Origin: Malacoraja senta | Taxonomy: Eukaryota | NCBI GenBank assembly: GCA_038087875.1 | Contig: CM075977.1 | Location: 269,390,001-269,454,000, forward strand | Length of the DNA: 64,000 nt | Direction of reading: 5' to 3' | In this document: positions 48,661 to 61,256 of the stretch, piece by piece | Position numbering within the stretch: the first letter of the stretch is position 1 | How the letters are laid out: every line of letters begins with the position of its first letter | Notes under the pieces: generated by a model | What the model was told of the DNA's origin: nothing | Databases searched by the model: none | What the model saw: the letters and a program-made list of their open reading frames with translations, nothing else | Translations under genes and position numbers: made by a program

Positions 48661-49616
48661 ATGCAAGCCCACGTCAAGGCAAAATTCTGGCGAATTTCTT
48701 CTACATACTTTCTAACTTGACAATTTCCTTCTGAAAGCTGGGTGACTAAAATGACACAACAGTACCAAGTGTGGTCTCACTTGTATTGCTGTATCATGAT
48801 GTCTCAACCTTTGTACTCGATACCCATCAATGAAGGCAACAGTACCAAACACCTTCTTCACTGACCCTGTTCCTTGAACACACCATCAGAAGGTCATGAC
48901 CCACCAAAGGAGGCCATTCCACCCACTGACCACACTAGTTCTCCGCAGAACCACTCACTCTGTCGCATTCCAAAACTGTATCTTTTAATCCTTAATTCCA
49001 TCAAATGCTTATCCAACTTCATTTAAAATCATTGATTGGGTGATAGATTATTATTAATTTGACCCACTCCCTTATATGATAGGGTGAGATTTTTGTAAAC
49101 CAAAAAGTAGATCTTGTGGAAGTAGAGGGAATGTCTGGTATGCTCGGGGAATATTTTGCATCAGAAATCACAAAAAAAAGAGGATGGAGCTAATGGAGCA
49201 ACAGAGCAAGAGAAAGTGACAATGCTGGATAGGCTAAAAATGTCCTCAAGAAAGCAAAGCTTTCCTCAAGAAAGTCACCTGATTATGATAGAAATATCAA
49301 TGATGGAAGTAGAGGTGCAGATTGCAGTCTCTGGCCATCATTTTCAAATCCTCCTGAGATATGGGAGAAATGTAAAATGGCCATGTTTACAAAGAGCGAG
49401 GGATAAATAAAGGTAAATTGGCTTTGATTTGCATGCTGATACTTGATGAACTCAGAGAGATGCTTCATGATTTAATATAGTTTATGCTGCATATATCAAT
49501 TTTGAAACGGCGTTTTGACAAAGCACCCACACAAGCCATGCCAGTAAGGGGGGAATTAACAGTGAAGCAATGGAACACCAGTACATGGATGTGTAATGCC
49601 CATGCAGAGTATAGTG

Positions 49617-49928
49617 AGTTTAGTTTAGTTTTGAGCTGAAACAGGCCCTTCGGCCCACCAAGCCCGCACTGACCAGCGATCCCCACACACTAACACTGTC
49701 CAACTATTATTGCTAACACAGGATAATTTACACATACACCAAGCCAATTAACCTACATACCCAGACATCCTTGGAGTGTGGGAAGAAACCGAAGATCTCG
49801 GAGAAGACCCACACGGTCATGGGGAGAACGTACAAACTCTGTACAGACAGCACCCGTAGTGGGGATCGAACCCGGGTCTCCGGCGCTGCAAGCGCTGTAA
49901 GGCAGCGACTCTACCGCTGTGCCACCAT
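49617..49928 (-). mobile_element. HE1-type V-SINE
   Basis: Reverse complement of the SINE at 27011. Confidence 0.85.
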
Positions 49929-49978
49929 GAGGGATGGAGGGAGGTGTGCTTAGGACAACCGCTGCTTTCGATACGTAA

Positions 49979-52900
49979 TATTAAGATTAAACGAGAACTT
50001 ACCAAGTTTGAAGTTTGATCTTTATTTTATGAGGAGTTACGTTGGTGATTACGTGAAGAAGACCCATCAGGGCGCATGTGCGTCAATCTTCAAAGCAGCG
50101 GTATGAAATCACAGATAACAATATTTGAAGTAACATATTAAGATGAGCAACATGAGAACTACCATATGACCTTTTTTATGAGAGAGGGTTGGGCATGGCG
50201 GGCACGTAATCACCAATGTAACTCCTCATAAAATAAAGATCAAACTTCAAACTTGGTAAGTTCTCGTTTAATCTTAATATTTTACTTCGGAGTCACGTTT
50301 GTGACTACGTGAAGGGTTCAAAGCTCTGTGATTTTATGCCGCAGAGCCAAATCCCGGCTTCTCGCTGCATTGATTGACTTTCAATGAAAAACAATCAATA
50401 ATGCGTTAAACATTAAATGTGAATATCATGCAGTAACAATTGATTTGAATAATCAAAACAACCAGTAACCCCTCTATCCCAGGGGAAACTAAACAGGACT
50501 TAATCCTGAATTTGCAAACAGCCTCTCTCCGATCGGCCAATGGTAAAAAAAAATTCAAATAATTCATTTGACCACCCGGCACCTACAAAAATATGGCCGC
50601 TGTGAACATCCATCGCCCTAGCCGACGACATTGCTGCTGTACTAGCGGAAAAAGGATATATACACTTCAGTGTTAATACCTGCCTTAATCAACATTTGCT
50701 TTAAACGACCTTGAGATAGTCTGCACTATCACTCTCCTGTGTGGCTTCATGTAACTGATAAACAATGCTGTTTCCACATTTCTTAAGGTCTTTATAGCTT
50801 CAATATAATGAAAATAAATGTGCCATTACACATAAATATGGATCAGTAGGTTATGCTGAAACACAATATTAACAAACCTGTGACACCTGGCCTGCTCTGT
50901 TTAAACAGGACGCAGTTATATAACATAACATTCTCTTCAGCAACTTCCATCCTGTCTAGCAGAACCTTTTGCAAACTCTGCACTTGCTATGCTGAACCAA
51001 TGCCAAGAGCATAACCACTTTCATCATTAGTTTGGCAAATTCAGAGACATGACAGGAACCTACTGTCGAAGCATCTTGAGGAACACACTTACATCCCAGA
51101 TCGCCATATACCTGGGTTTAGGAGGTTTCGAGTTGAAATTCCTTTCATCAATCCAGCTATGATATGATGAAACTCAATAGGATCTTTCCTGACCCCATCA
51201 AAACCATACGATGACAAAGCACTTAAAGCTGTATTAATGGTGCTATAACCGAGCCCCTCATCATCATAGAGTGTCAACAGGAACTCTAAAATATCCACAA
51301 TACCTGCAGTACTATAGTCAATATTATTTTGTACACAATATTGCTCCCATTTTTTACATAAGTAATATACTCCTTTTGAGTACTCTTTCTCCAGGCTACA
51401 GTGAGCATGTCCACCGTTCACCCAGACAGTCCTTGCACCAGGTATGGCCTTCTTAAAACCTGCAAATTAACAAGTCAATACAATCACACAACAGATGACT
51501 TTCCCGTGTTAGCGGATGCTCCAGTCAATTCCTACGCTTGGGAATCACCAAAAAGAGGTTGGATCCCTAACTGTAACATCAAAGGGAACCATGCTTGATT
51601 CAGCCAATTAGGTATTACAAGCACCCCCAAAGCGGCATCCTGCTTGATTTCTTGCAGACTCCGACCTATTAGGCAAAATGGTAGGAAAATATATAAAACA
51701 TACCACCCCAATGTAACGTCAAAGTATCAAATACAACTGACACCTGGTCTGGTTCCCATGAAACCTATTTAGGCTGCTGATGGTTGAACCTTGATGCAAA
51801 ACAAATCGATATCTGGCATTCATATACAAGTACTATATTATTGAACACATCCTGGTTCAACATCCAATCTATGTTGTCATGGAACTTTCGTGACTTGGCG
51901 TCTGCTACAATGTAGAATCTACCTGGTAAATAAATAGCTGAAATATCTTTTTCAATGCACCAGGCCCAAATTTGATTAGCCAATCTGTCACAAAATACCG
52001 ACTTGATTCCACCGATGTGATTAATATATATGCCACTTGCGTAGTATTGTCAATCTGAAAACAGAACATGCAGATTACATTTGTTAGAGCAATAAGCCTC
52101 TTAATAGTTAATTGCCCATGTCTGCAGAAGCGATGCCTCTTGCTCAGTCCATCTGCCTCCACAGCAGAAACTCGTATCTGTGACACCCCACCCGACTGCA
52201 CTGACATTCATCTGCAAAATCATGGAAGGCTGGTAAAGCATTACCTTGCTATAACTTCTGGACACATGGTGAATCCACCATTGCAAATCAGAAATAGCCT
52301 TTACTGATAACTGCATAGGTCTATTATAATGACCCGAATGTATCCTTAATGCCTCCATTAGCTCTATACACCTATCAATTAGCTCTACCCTTTTTTCCCT
52401 GGGCAGTCACTTAATTGAATCAATTGTGACCCAAATAGTCAGGTGTTAATTTGGATTCCTCTCGATGAATAATGCCTAATCTTTGAAAATTGGATTTAAC
52501 AACTATCACCTGTTACTTCAGCTGTTCTCTTGGATACCCCTGTAATCCAGATATCATCGAGTTAAGCCATGAGCACCTGACCCTGGCCTCTCAGCATGCC
52601 TATTATAGGTTTTAACAATTTTGTTGCCATAGTTGATCCATCCAGGTGAATTTCAAATATCCTTATCCTGCAAATAACCAGACATTGAGTAATGCGCATC
52701 TTTAAGGTCTATGGTCGCCATATAGCATCCTCTTGACCCAGTTGCTTGGCAGTGACAATTCCATCTTACAATGTCTATACTATATCCCCCATCCTTTTTT
52801 GGCCTGGGACAATATTAGACACAAATTGATGGGGTTGGTGAACCAACTTTTATCACATAAGCTTGCAAGTGCAGTCTGAACATCCATCTGTTCTGTTAAT

Positions 52901-54753
52901 GAAAACTGAATAGTTCTCCCAAGAACATGCTGAATGTGTAAATCACAATTTGGATTGAAATCCATTCGAAACCTTTGAATAACACTCTGTATAAACAGAG
53001 CTAAGGTAATTTGCTTCCATTCATCCCAGAAACGGATGTAATGTACCCCAGATTTAAGTTGTGTCACGTTTGATATGTGCACCCGAGAACCAGGCCCACC
53101 TACCTCCTTGGTACCTGGTGGATGACATTGTCCCCGGCTCCTTGGCGGGAAAGCCAAGGTTTGACCATGTTCCCGCTTCGTTTGTCGGGGTACTTTCTTT
53201 TTTGGAAAACTTGCCGACTGCCGGTGGCTTGATCAAGCCCATTGTCTTTGCCTCGTCATCCATGTCCTTGACACTCTTGGCGAGGTCCTCTCCGAAGAGT
53301 AGGTTGGCCGGCTGTATGTTGCTAGGCTGGAAAAATACTGCAATCTTGGAATTAATGGTGGGCCGAATGGCACTTTCCCTGAGACAATTTATCTCAAAAA
53401 TGGGTGCTACAAAGCAACCCTAGTACCTCTTGCTGCGTCTCCGACACATGCCCTCCATCCACCGTTCTCGCGAATGCCGTGATTCCTGAGCCAAGTAATT
53501 TCAGGATTCTCTGCAGCTTCATCTCCTGGGCACTGCACGCCCACGCCCATCTGGCTCCATATCATCCGGTTCACTGCTGGCACCTTCAGCAACTCGCAGT
53601 TACCCCGTTTCTTGGTGATTCCAGACTCTGACTGGACAGCGAATCGTACTGCCAGAGATGGGAACTCTGACAACAGCCATCTTCGCTTTCCCAGTGGCAT
53701 TCCATACTCTGACGGGACAGCGAATCGTGCTGCCAGAGAATGGACCTCTGACAACGGCCATTCTTCGCTATTCAACAAAGTCTCCATCAGAGTCGGGTCA
53801 GAACTGAGCTGACCCTATCGTGGAGGCCAGCTCTTCTCCCAGTGGCACTCCATACTCTGACTGGACAGCGAATCGTGCTGCCAGAGAATGGACCTCTGAC
53901 AACGGCCGTTCTTCGCTAATTTCCAAGTCTCCGTCAGAGTCGGGGTCAGACCTTAGCTGACCCTCTGCACTCACCTCATGCATGAGGGTGCTTTAAGCAG
54001 CCCTCTACCAGGTGCTGCCGGTGTGGCCTTTCTGCAGCCTACCGCCCACACGACTCCTCCCCCCCGGAGTGTGCGTTTCTGGAGCAACCTCTGGATGAGG
54101 TGCTCCATTTGGGAGAACCTTTTTAAAATGTCTCCAGCCCCGTACAGGCTCGTTGTGGCCCGACTCAGTTGAGTCCAAGGGCCTCCCAGACTTCCCCGTG
54201 CCTTACACCCGACTGGCGTTGGCTTTGGTGGTTTTTAGCACTGAGTCTGAAGTCGCCCCGCTCCCGGTCGGCGACTGTGCAGGGGTACGAGGCAGCCGCT
54301 GACAGACCGCATTCCCGCGGCTCTCCTATGCTTTACCTGTGGCTGCCCTCCCCCTGGTCATCTTCCTCATGGTGCTGCATGTAATAAAAAACAGAGCACC
54401 ACAAAAAGAACTTTCCCTCCAGCTAAGTTCCCCACTTAGCTGGAGCTTTAAACTATAAAAGTACTTTAAAAGTACTTGCTACAGGAGGAGCTCTGTCCTC
54501 CCCTGCTCGTCTTCACCAAGGTGCTGCCTGTGACAAAACACAGAGCACAGCACCACAGTAAAGGAAACTGTTTTACTCCAACTAAGTTTCTCACTTAGCT
54601 GGAGCTTTAAAACACTTTAAAATACTCTAAAAGTACTTACCACAGGAGGAGCTCTTTCCTCCCGCTGTCCGTGCGCCAATGCGACCGACATAATGACGCG
54701 CATGCGCCCTGACGGGTCTTCTTCACGTAGTCACAAACGTGACTCCGAAGTAA
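49979..54753 (-). mobile_element. DIRS1-like retrotransposon, copy 5 (coding-defective)
   Basis: Left terminus at 54753, ICR 50203-50314, right ITR/extension 49979-50086. Decayed gag (~54370-53110), pol (~53109-51453) and YR (~51459-50490). Confidence 0.93.
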
Positions 54754-55769
54754 TGTTATGTCCTGAAATAATGTATGCAAGCAATAATTTCAAAACCATC
54801 CTAATTAATAATTAGGCTAAACTGGCAGACATGTGGCAGGTTGGCTTTAATAGGGAAAAGGAGGAATTATGGCTATTTAGTCTAAAGAATAATGTTCCAC
54901 ATGAACAGGAAGACCTGCAGAAGATAGGGGAGGGGTGAGGTAGTAGGTACACAAGTCTTTGAAACATGCACATTTTAAGCAGGCTTTGAAATAGCAAATT
55001 GGACCCATACCTTTTTAAATAGTCCAGAAGAAAGGAAACTGTGTTAATGCTGGCTAACCCACAGCAAGAGCCCTGTATTCAGTTTTGGGTTCACCACCTT
55101 AGGAAGAATGTCAGGTTTTCTAGGCAGAGCAGATTTGTTAGAATTATACCAGGGATGAGAAATTTCAATTATTTTGTCGAACTGTTGAAACAGAGGTTGT
55201 TCTTCTTAAATCAGAGAAAAAGTAAAGGGAGCTTTGACAGGGGTGACCAAAATGATTAATGGGTTTGATATAGTATAGAGAAATGATTTTCAGTAGCAGA
55301 AATACCATTAATCAGAGGCACAGGTTTAAAGCGAATGACAAAAGAACCGGTGTCAACATGGAGAAATGTTATGTGACCTGGAATTTACTTCCTGAAAGGG
55401 TGGTAGAAACAGAATTTATATTAAATCTTCACGAAAATTAGATAAAAGAAAGATTAAGAGTGGGTCAAATTAATAAGCACTATCAAAGAACCAACACTGA
55501 CATAACAGGTTAAATTTTGATATTTCAATACTACATGAAAGAAGCCATTCAGCCCACTGTGCCTGTTTTCAGCACTCCTATCAATTGTTTCCTCTCTTGT
55601 TTCCATTTGACCTATTATTACCTTTCATATTCCCCTTGATTTTCTTATCACCCACATAGAATGGCTGATTTACAATGGCCATTTAATTTACCATCATGTT
55701 GGGCGATGCTGAGCATTTAATCACTAATCTGTGAGGCAGCTCACAGATTTTCTCGAGGTCTGCAGTATA

Positions 55770-56075
55770 AGTGTGAAGGTGGAGCTGATGCCTCACAGTG
55801 CTAGAGACCCAAATTCAATTCTGACATCTGGAGCTGTCTGTGTGGAGTTTAAACGTTGTCCCCGTTTCCTCTGGGTGCTTCAGTTTCCTCCCACATCCCA
55901 AAGACATGCGGATTTCTAGTTTAATTGGCTTCCGTAAATTGCCCCAAGAATGTAAGGAGTAGATGAGAAAGTGGGATAACGTGAAACTAGTTTGAACAGG
56001 TGATCGATGGTCGGCGTGGTCTCGGTGGGCCGAAAGGTCCGTTTCCACGCAGTATCTCTGAACTAAACAAAACTG
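55770..56075 (+). mobile_element. HE1-type V-SINE (diverged)
   Basis: V-domain CTGTGTGGAGTTT and CR1-type tail. Confidence 0.75.
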
Positions 56076-56775
56076 TAAATTAACATTGTTGACTAAGCTG
56101 ATTGTACCTTGGTTGTGTCAGTGTCTGGGGTGATACCTGTGGTCTGTTTCAATTTCATTATTGTTTAGTGGTATAGTAGAACTGACTGTCTAAATCAATG
56201 AATCAATCATATATTAGCCATGACAGGTAAGAGCAGAAAATCTTTCCTTAAAATGCATATGAACAATGGTTCAGCAGTATGGTTATTACAATTACCATTC
56301 ATTTTGAATCAATTATTACAAAATTGTTCAATGTGAACATGCTAAAGTATTTTTAGATGCTTCTGGCCAGCAAAGTCTCACCATCCGACTTGCTGAACAG
56401 AGCAACGCAAAGGGTCACACATGTAAAAAGACCTTTAGAGGAGATGCCAGAGAATATTAAAGTGGCTGAAACCTTTGGCTCATCCATTGTGCCTTTTCAA
56501 GTGACAGGCGCAGCTTCCATTGTCCATTAAAATCACAACAGTCAACCAAGATTTGACTTATCTGTGTCACAGTCTAAGTTCTAGGCTTTTCAGGATGTGA
56601 CCATTGACGTCGTGGCAGGAGTGCAAGGGAGATCTTAATTTTCCCTTCTGATTTTCTTCAGCGACAAAGCTTTTGGTGTTTTGGAAGTTTTAATAGGAAA
56701 GGGAATGATTCCGGTATTGTTCAATGAAAGGAAGGTATTCTGTAGTTTGATGGGTTTATATTTTAACAAAGGAAG

Positions 56776-57035
56776 GGGTGGCACAGTGACGCACAGCGCC
56801 AGAGACCCAGGTTCCATCCTGACAATGGGTGCTCGCTGTACAGAGTTTGTACTTTCTCCCTGTGGTTATCTCCGGGTGCTCCGATTTCACATTCCAAAGA
56901 TGTGCATGCTTTAAGTTAATTGTCTTCTGCAAATAGTATGTATGTACTGTCGGATAGAAACTAGTGTACGGGTGTTCACTGGTCGTAATGGTTTCGGCGG
57001 GCCGAAGAGCCTGTTTCCACGCTATATCTCTAAAT
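56776..57035 (+). mobile_element. HE1-type V-SINE (diverged)
   Basis: Head, V-domain and tail recognisable. Confidence 0.72.
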
Positions 57036-57059
57036 TACTGATCTCTGAGATCCACTGAG

Positions 57060-57735
57060 TGGCGCCAGCAATGGCTGCCTCTCCAACTGTCTGTCTGTCC
57101 CTTCCTTCCTTGTTGCTTTAATAGTATATGTTAAATGTATGTTTTAGTGTTCTTTATTTTGTTTTATGTAGGTGGTGGGGGAGGGGAGTTGGGGGAAACT
57201 TTTTCTAATCTCTTACCTCGACAGAGATGCAATTTTTTCCCATATCGTATCTCCGTCCGCACTGCGGCCAAACATCAAGGAAGTGGCGGCCTTTGCTGGA
57301 GACTGACTTTGGGAACTCCACCGCAGGAGCCTGAGGGACACCATCGTGGAGTTCACAATCCCTGTTGGGAGTCGACTTTGGGGCTCCAACCACAGGGGCC
57401 TGCGGACTTTAACACCTTGGAGCTCGCGGACTCTGGTTAGTGGCCGACTTCTGGAACTCCAAGCCACAGGAGCTTCGATCGCCCCGATGCGGGAGCTTCG
57501 ATCGCCCCGACGCGGGAGCTTCAACCAACGGCTGCAGGAGCTTCGATCGCCCCGACGGATGGTTCGACTGCCCTGAATAAAGAGGAATAAGATTGGACTT
57601 TATTGCCTTCCATCACAGTGAGGAATGTGGGGAATCTACTGTGGTGGTTGTTTATGTTAACTTTTATGTAGTTGTGTGTCTTGTTGGGGTTTTTTAGTGC
57701 GGCTGTATGGTAATTAGCATGTCACTGTACCTTAA
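57060..57735 (+). repeat. Unclassified interspersed repeat with 23-bp internal tandem units
   Basis: GGGAGCTTCGATCGCCCCGACGC units at ~57470-57560; family shared with 19620 and 26250. Confidence 0.75.
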
Positions 57736-58213
57736 TAGAAACACATTTAATCAGCTATCTTTAAAAAAAGATGAGGACATTTTAATTTAAAAGAACAGGA
57801 AATATCACAATACTTCATTGCTGAAGACTCTATTGCCATCCTATTGCTTTATACTTCGCAATTTATGACTTTAGAAAATTTCTACTTATGTTACGTTCTT
57901 ACGTAAACTTAAGTTAACAGAACACAAGCCATTCTAAAAGTTCTTACAATTTTTGTTTGTTTGGCCAGGTTAATTAGATTCAGTCAGTTGAAAACTATAC
58001 TAAGTTCATCAAGTCCGATTGCCACTTAAAAGTCTAATGCCTGTCCTATTCCCAGTTTCATCTGGTAACAACTCATTGCAGTTCATTCTTCAGCATTCTC
58101 GAACATTACATTAGAAGTGAGAAAGATCAAGTCACTCTCTGCACATGTAGTTTCATTACTGTTTCATAGTTAATCACATTTTAAAAATGTTGCGTTTTAA
58201 GTAAAACCGTGGC

Positions 58214-58690
58214 AACACGGCGGCACAGCGATAGTGTCACCGCCTTAAGGGCCTGTCCCACTTGGGCATCATTTGCGCGTCACGCAGGTGGTGCGCAAAG
58301 ATTTTGTGAATCCCAAAATCCTGGGGCGCCACGAGCAACCGTGCGTCACTGTCTATGCCACCACACCTCGTGCGTCGTGACGCGTAAATGATGTCGCATA
58401 AATGACGTGCAAATGACGCCCAAGTGGGACAGGTCCTTTACTGTGCTAAATACCACGGTTCGATTCTGACTATGGGGTTGGCTGTTTGTGTGGAGTTTGT
58501 ACAACCCACATGGGTTTTCCCCGGGTGCTCTGGTTTCCTCCCATTCTCCAAAGATGTAGAGGTATGTAGGTTAATTGCATTCAGTAAAAAATTGTAAATT
58601 AACCTTAGTGCTAGTGTACGGGGTGATTGCAGGTCCATGCGGACTCGGTGGGCTGAAGGGCCTGTTTCCATGCTGTATCTTAAAGCCTAA
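58214..58690 (+). mobile_element. HE1-type SINE interrupted by a MITE
   Basis: Head at 58214-58247, remainder at 58441-58690. Confidence 0.75.
58248..58437. mobile_element. PIF/Harbinger-type MITE, 190 bp
   Basis: ~38-bp TIRs AGGGCCTGTCCCACTTGGG..., exact TTA TSD (58245-47, 58438-40). Confidence 0.88.
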
Positions 58691-60639
58691 GTAAAGTAGT
58701 CTAAAATTGCTCATCATCATTTATTATTTTGAAAGGGATATGCTTTAATTGCTAATCACAAGTTTGCCAAAATATCTGAACTTGGACTGTTGTTTAAAAA
58801 CTGAAAGCCTGCTTCTGAGTGAGCAGTGCAGGGGTGTTGACCAGCCACATTTACAGACCACACCATGTACTGCTTGTGACACTCTGTGAAATGGTTTCCA
58901 ATGAATGCTACCGAAGAGAAATCCTGAAATGATTTGGTGCAGAAACCAATGCAAATGATATAGATATGTTTAGTTTAGTTTAGTTTATTATTGACACATG
59001 TACCAAGGTCCAGTGAAAAGCTTTTGTTTGAGTGCTATCCAGTCAAGGAAAGACTATGGATGATAACAATCAAGCCATCCACAATGCACAGATAAAGGAT
59101 AAAGGGTACAACATTTAGTGCAAAGATAACATTGAAGTCCAATTACAGATAGTTCATAGGTCTCCAATGAGGTAGATGGGAGGTCAGGATGATACATTAG
59201 CCGATTAGAGGACCGTTCAGTTGCCTGATAACATCTGTGAAGAAACTGTTCCTGAATTTGAAGGTATGCGTTTTCAAATGTTCAGTATTGTTAATGCATT
59301 GGGTGGATGTGACATTAAATCATTGTTTCTTAAATCATGTTTATTTTTTCACCCATCATAGACACCAACAAAACTCTATCTTTAAAAGTGAATATGAAAA
59401 TTTCCAGCTGTTCCCTTGTATTGAGTTGTATTTCGGAATGTACTGAAATTTACATTCTGAAAGGAACTCAGAATTCAAGTACATTTCAGAACAGACTAGG
59501 TTTCCTCTCATAATATCTGGGAACTGTTTGCATTCTTTGATTCAGTTTTCATTACCTCCGCATGGCACTTAGAGACCAGTAATGGCTTCAAAGTGGGCTC
59601 AGTGACCATATCCCTTCATTAATAAAGGCACTTTGCAATTTCATTTTGAAAGATGCCTGCAATTGTGTGCCCAAAGTATACATTTGTTTCAGGCAATAGC
59701 CCTCAGTTTAATGTTGAATTCGGAATCCTATGAATAAGTGATTTACATTTAATGTCACAGTTGGTGAGAGCTGTTCAGTGTCTCGTGTATTGAAACCAAT
59801 GGCTCATTAAATCTAATTATCAAACTTTTTGTAAGTATTCTTAGTCCTCGCTATTGAAGCACCACTGCACTTTCACAACTTCAGACACCTCATCACATCC
59901 CAGCCCCAATGCTGCTATTGAGGTCTTCCATCGAGATCCCCACAGCAAAAAAAGCCCCTTGTGGGGCAATTCTGGAGTAGAGGTTGCAACACACTTATGC
60001 TCAGCAGACTGGAGTAGCCGAGGGACCAAAGCGCTTGTCAGAATCATTAAGAAATCCAGAAGGGAATTGCAAATTTCTGCAGATTTCCCAGCTCTGTCCC
60101 TTTCCACTTCTCACTGTCACACACCAAACACTGCTGTGGTATCAGAGTATCCCTCTGGAGTGGTAGCAAGTCCCTGAGCAAAGGCAGCCCGTGAGGGAGT
60201 AAAGGACAGAAGTTATAAAAGATTACAAAATAAAGATAAAAGGCATGCAGTAAACAGGGAATTGGAGAAGTAAAACAGCTACAGCAGAATCATTACCATC
60301 ACTTACTAACTAAAAATATGTGAGCAGGAGTAATGTTCTAATGTTATTGAAAACAGGACTTGACCCAAGATGTTGCAAACTATCTATGAAGTGTGAAAAG
60401 GAATGGCGCTCGTTTTAGATACATTAAAGAGTAAGTCCAGGGTGTGAAAGTCAAAAAACAAATGTTGTTCCTCCAAAATCATAAACAGAAAATGCTGTAA
60501 ATACTCAGCAGATTAGGATATATCTATTAATGTTTCAGCTTGAAGACTCTCTGTTAGTATTGGGATGGTGACAAAGGGAAGGAACAGAAAAGGTCGGTGA
60601 GCGAAACATACCAAAATAGAACAAAAGGTGTAATAGGCC

Positions 60640-61043
60640 ATTCGGCCCTTTGAGCCAGTACCGCCATTCAATATGATCATGGCTGATCTTCTTAAATCAG
60701 TACCCCATTCCTGCTTTTTCCCTATATCCCTTGATTCCTTTCGCTCTAAAAGCTAAATCTAACTCTCTCTTGAAAACATCCAGTGAATTGACCTCCACTG
60801 CCTTCTGTGGCAGAGAATTCCACAGATTCACAACTCTCTGGGTGAAGACATTTTTCCTCACCTCAGTCCTACATGGCCTACCCCTTATTCTTAAAGTGTG
60901 ACCCCTGCTTCTGGACTTCCACAACATCTGGAACATTTTTCCTGCATCTAGCCTGTTGAATCTTTAAAGAATTTTACATGTTTCCATAAGATCTCCTCTC
61001 ATCCTTCTAAATCCCAGTGAATACAATCACAGTCGACCCATTC
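60640..61043 (-). mobile_element. CR1/HER1 LINE 3' fragment
   Basis: SRSRGHTLRIRG..FTQRVVNLWNSLPQKAVE..FKRELD. Confidence 0.88.
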
Positions 61044-61256
61044 TGTAGATTGGTTTATGCATGGCAACCAATCATAATCACTAGCATCACTAACCCCCCC
61101 TTACTGTATCATTTATATTGACACCCACGTCCTGTACTGCGCACTTCTGGAAGCAGCTAGGATGTTCTGACAACTAACGATCTACTGTACTGTTTTAGTC
61201 TGCACATTGATTAAAGATGATCTTGGATTATATATCATGTGATTGTCGTGTTTACA
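61044..61256 (+). repeat. 5' LTR of Gypsy element B
   Basis: TG...CA ends, ATTAAA, followed by PBS-like TGGTGTTAG; begins where the CR1 fragment is cut. Confidence 0.7.

Noticed and set aside
59841-60180. Exon-like unique segment with a minus-strand acceptor near 60174
   Set aside because: All frames after the acceptor stop early and nothing is recognisable.
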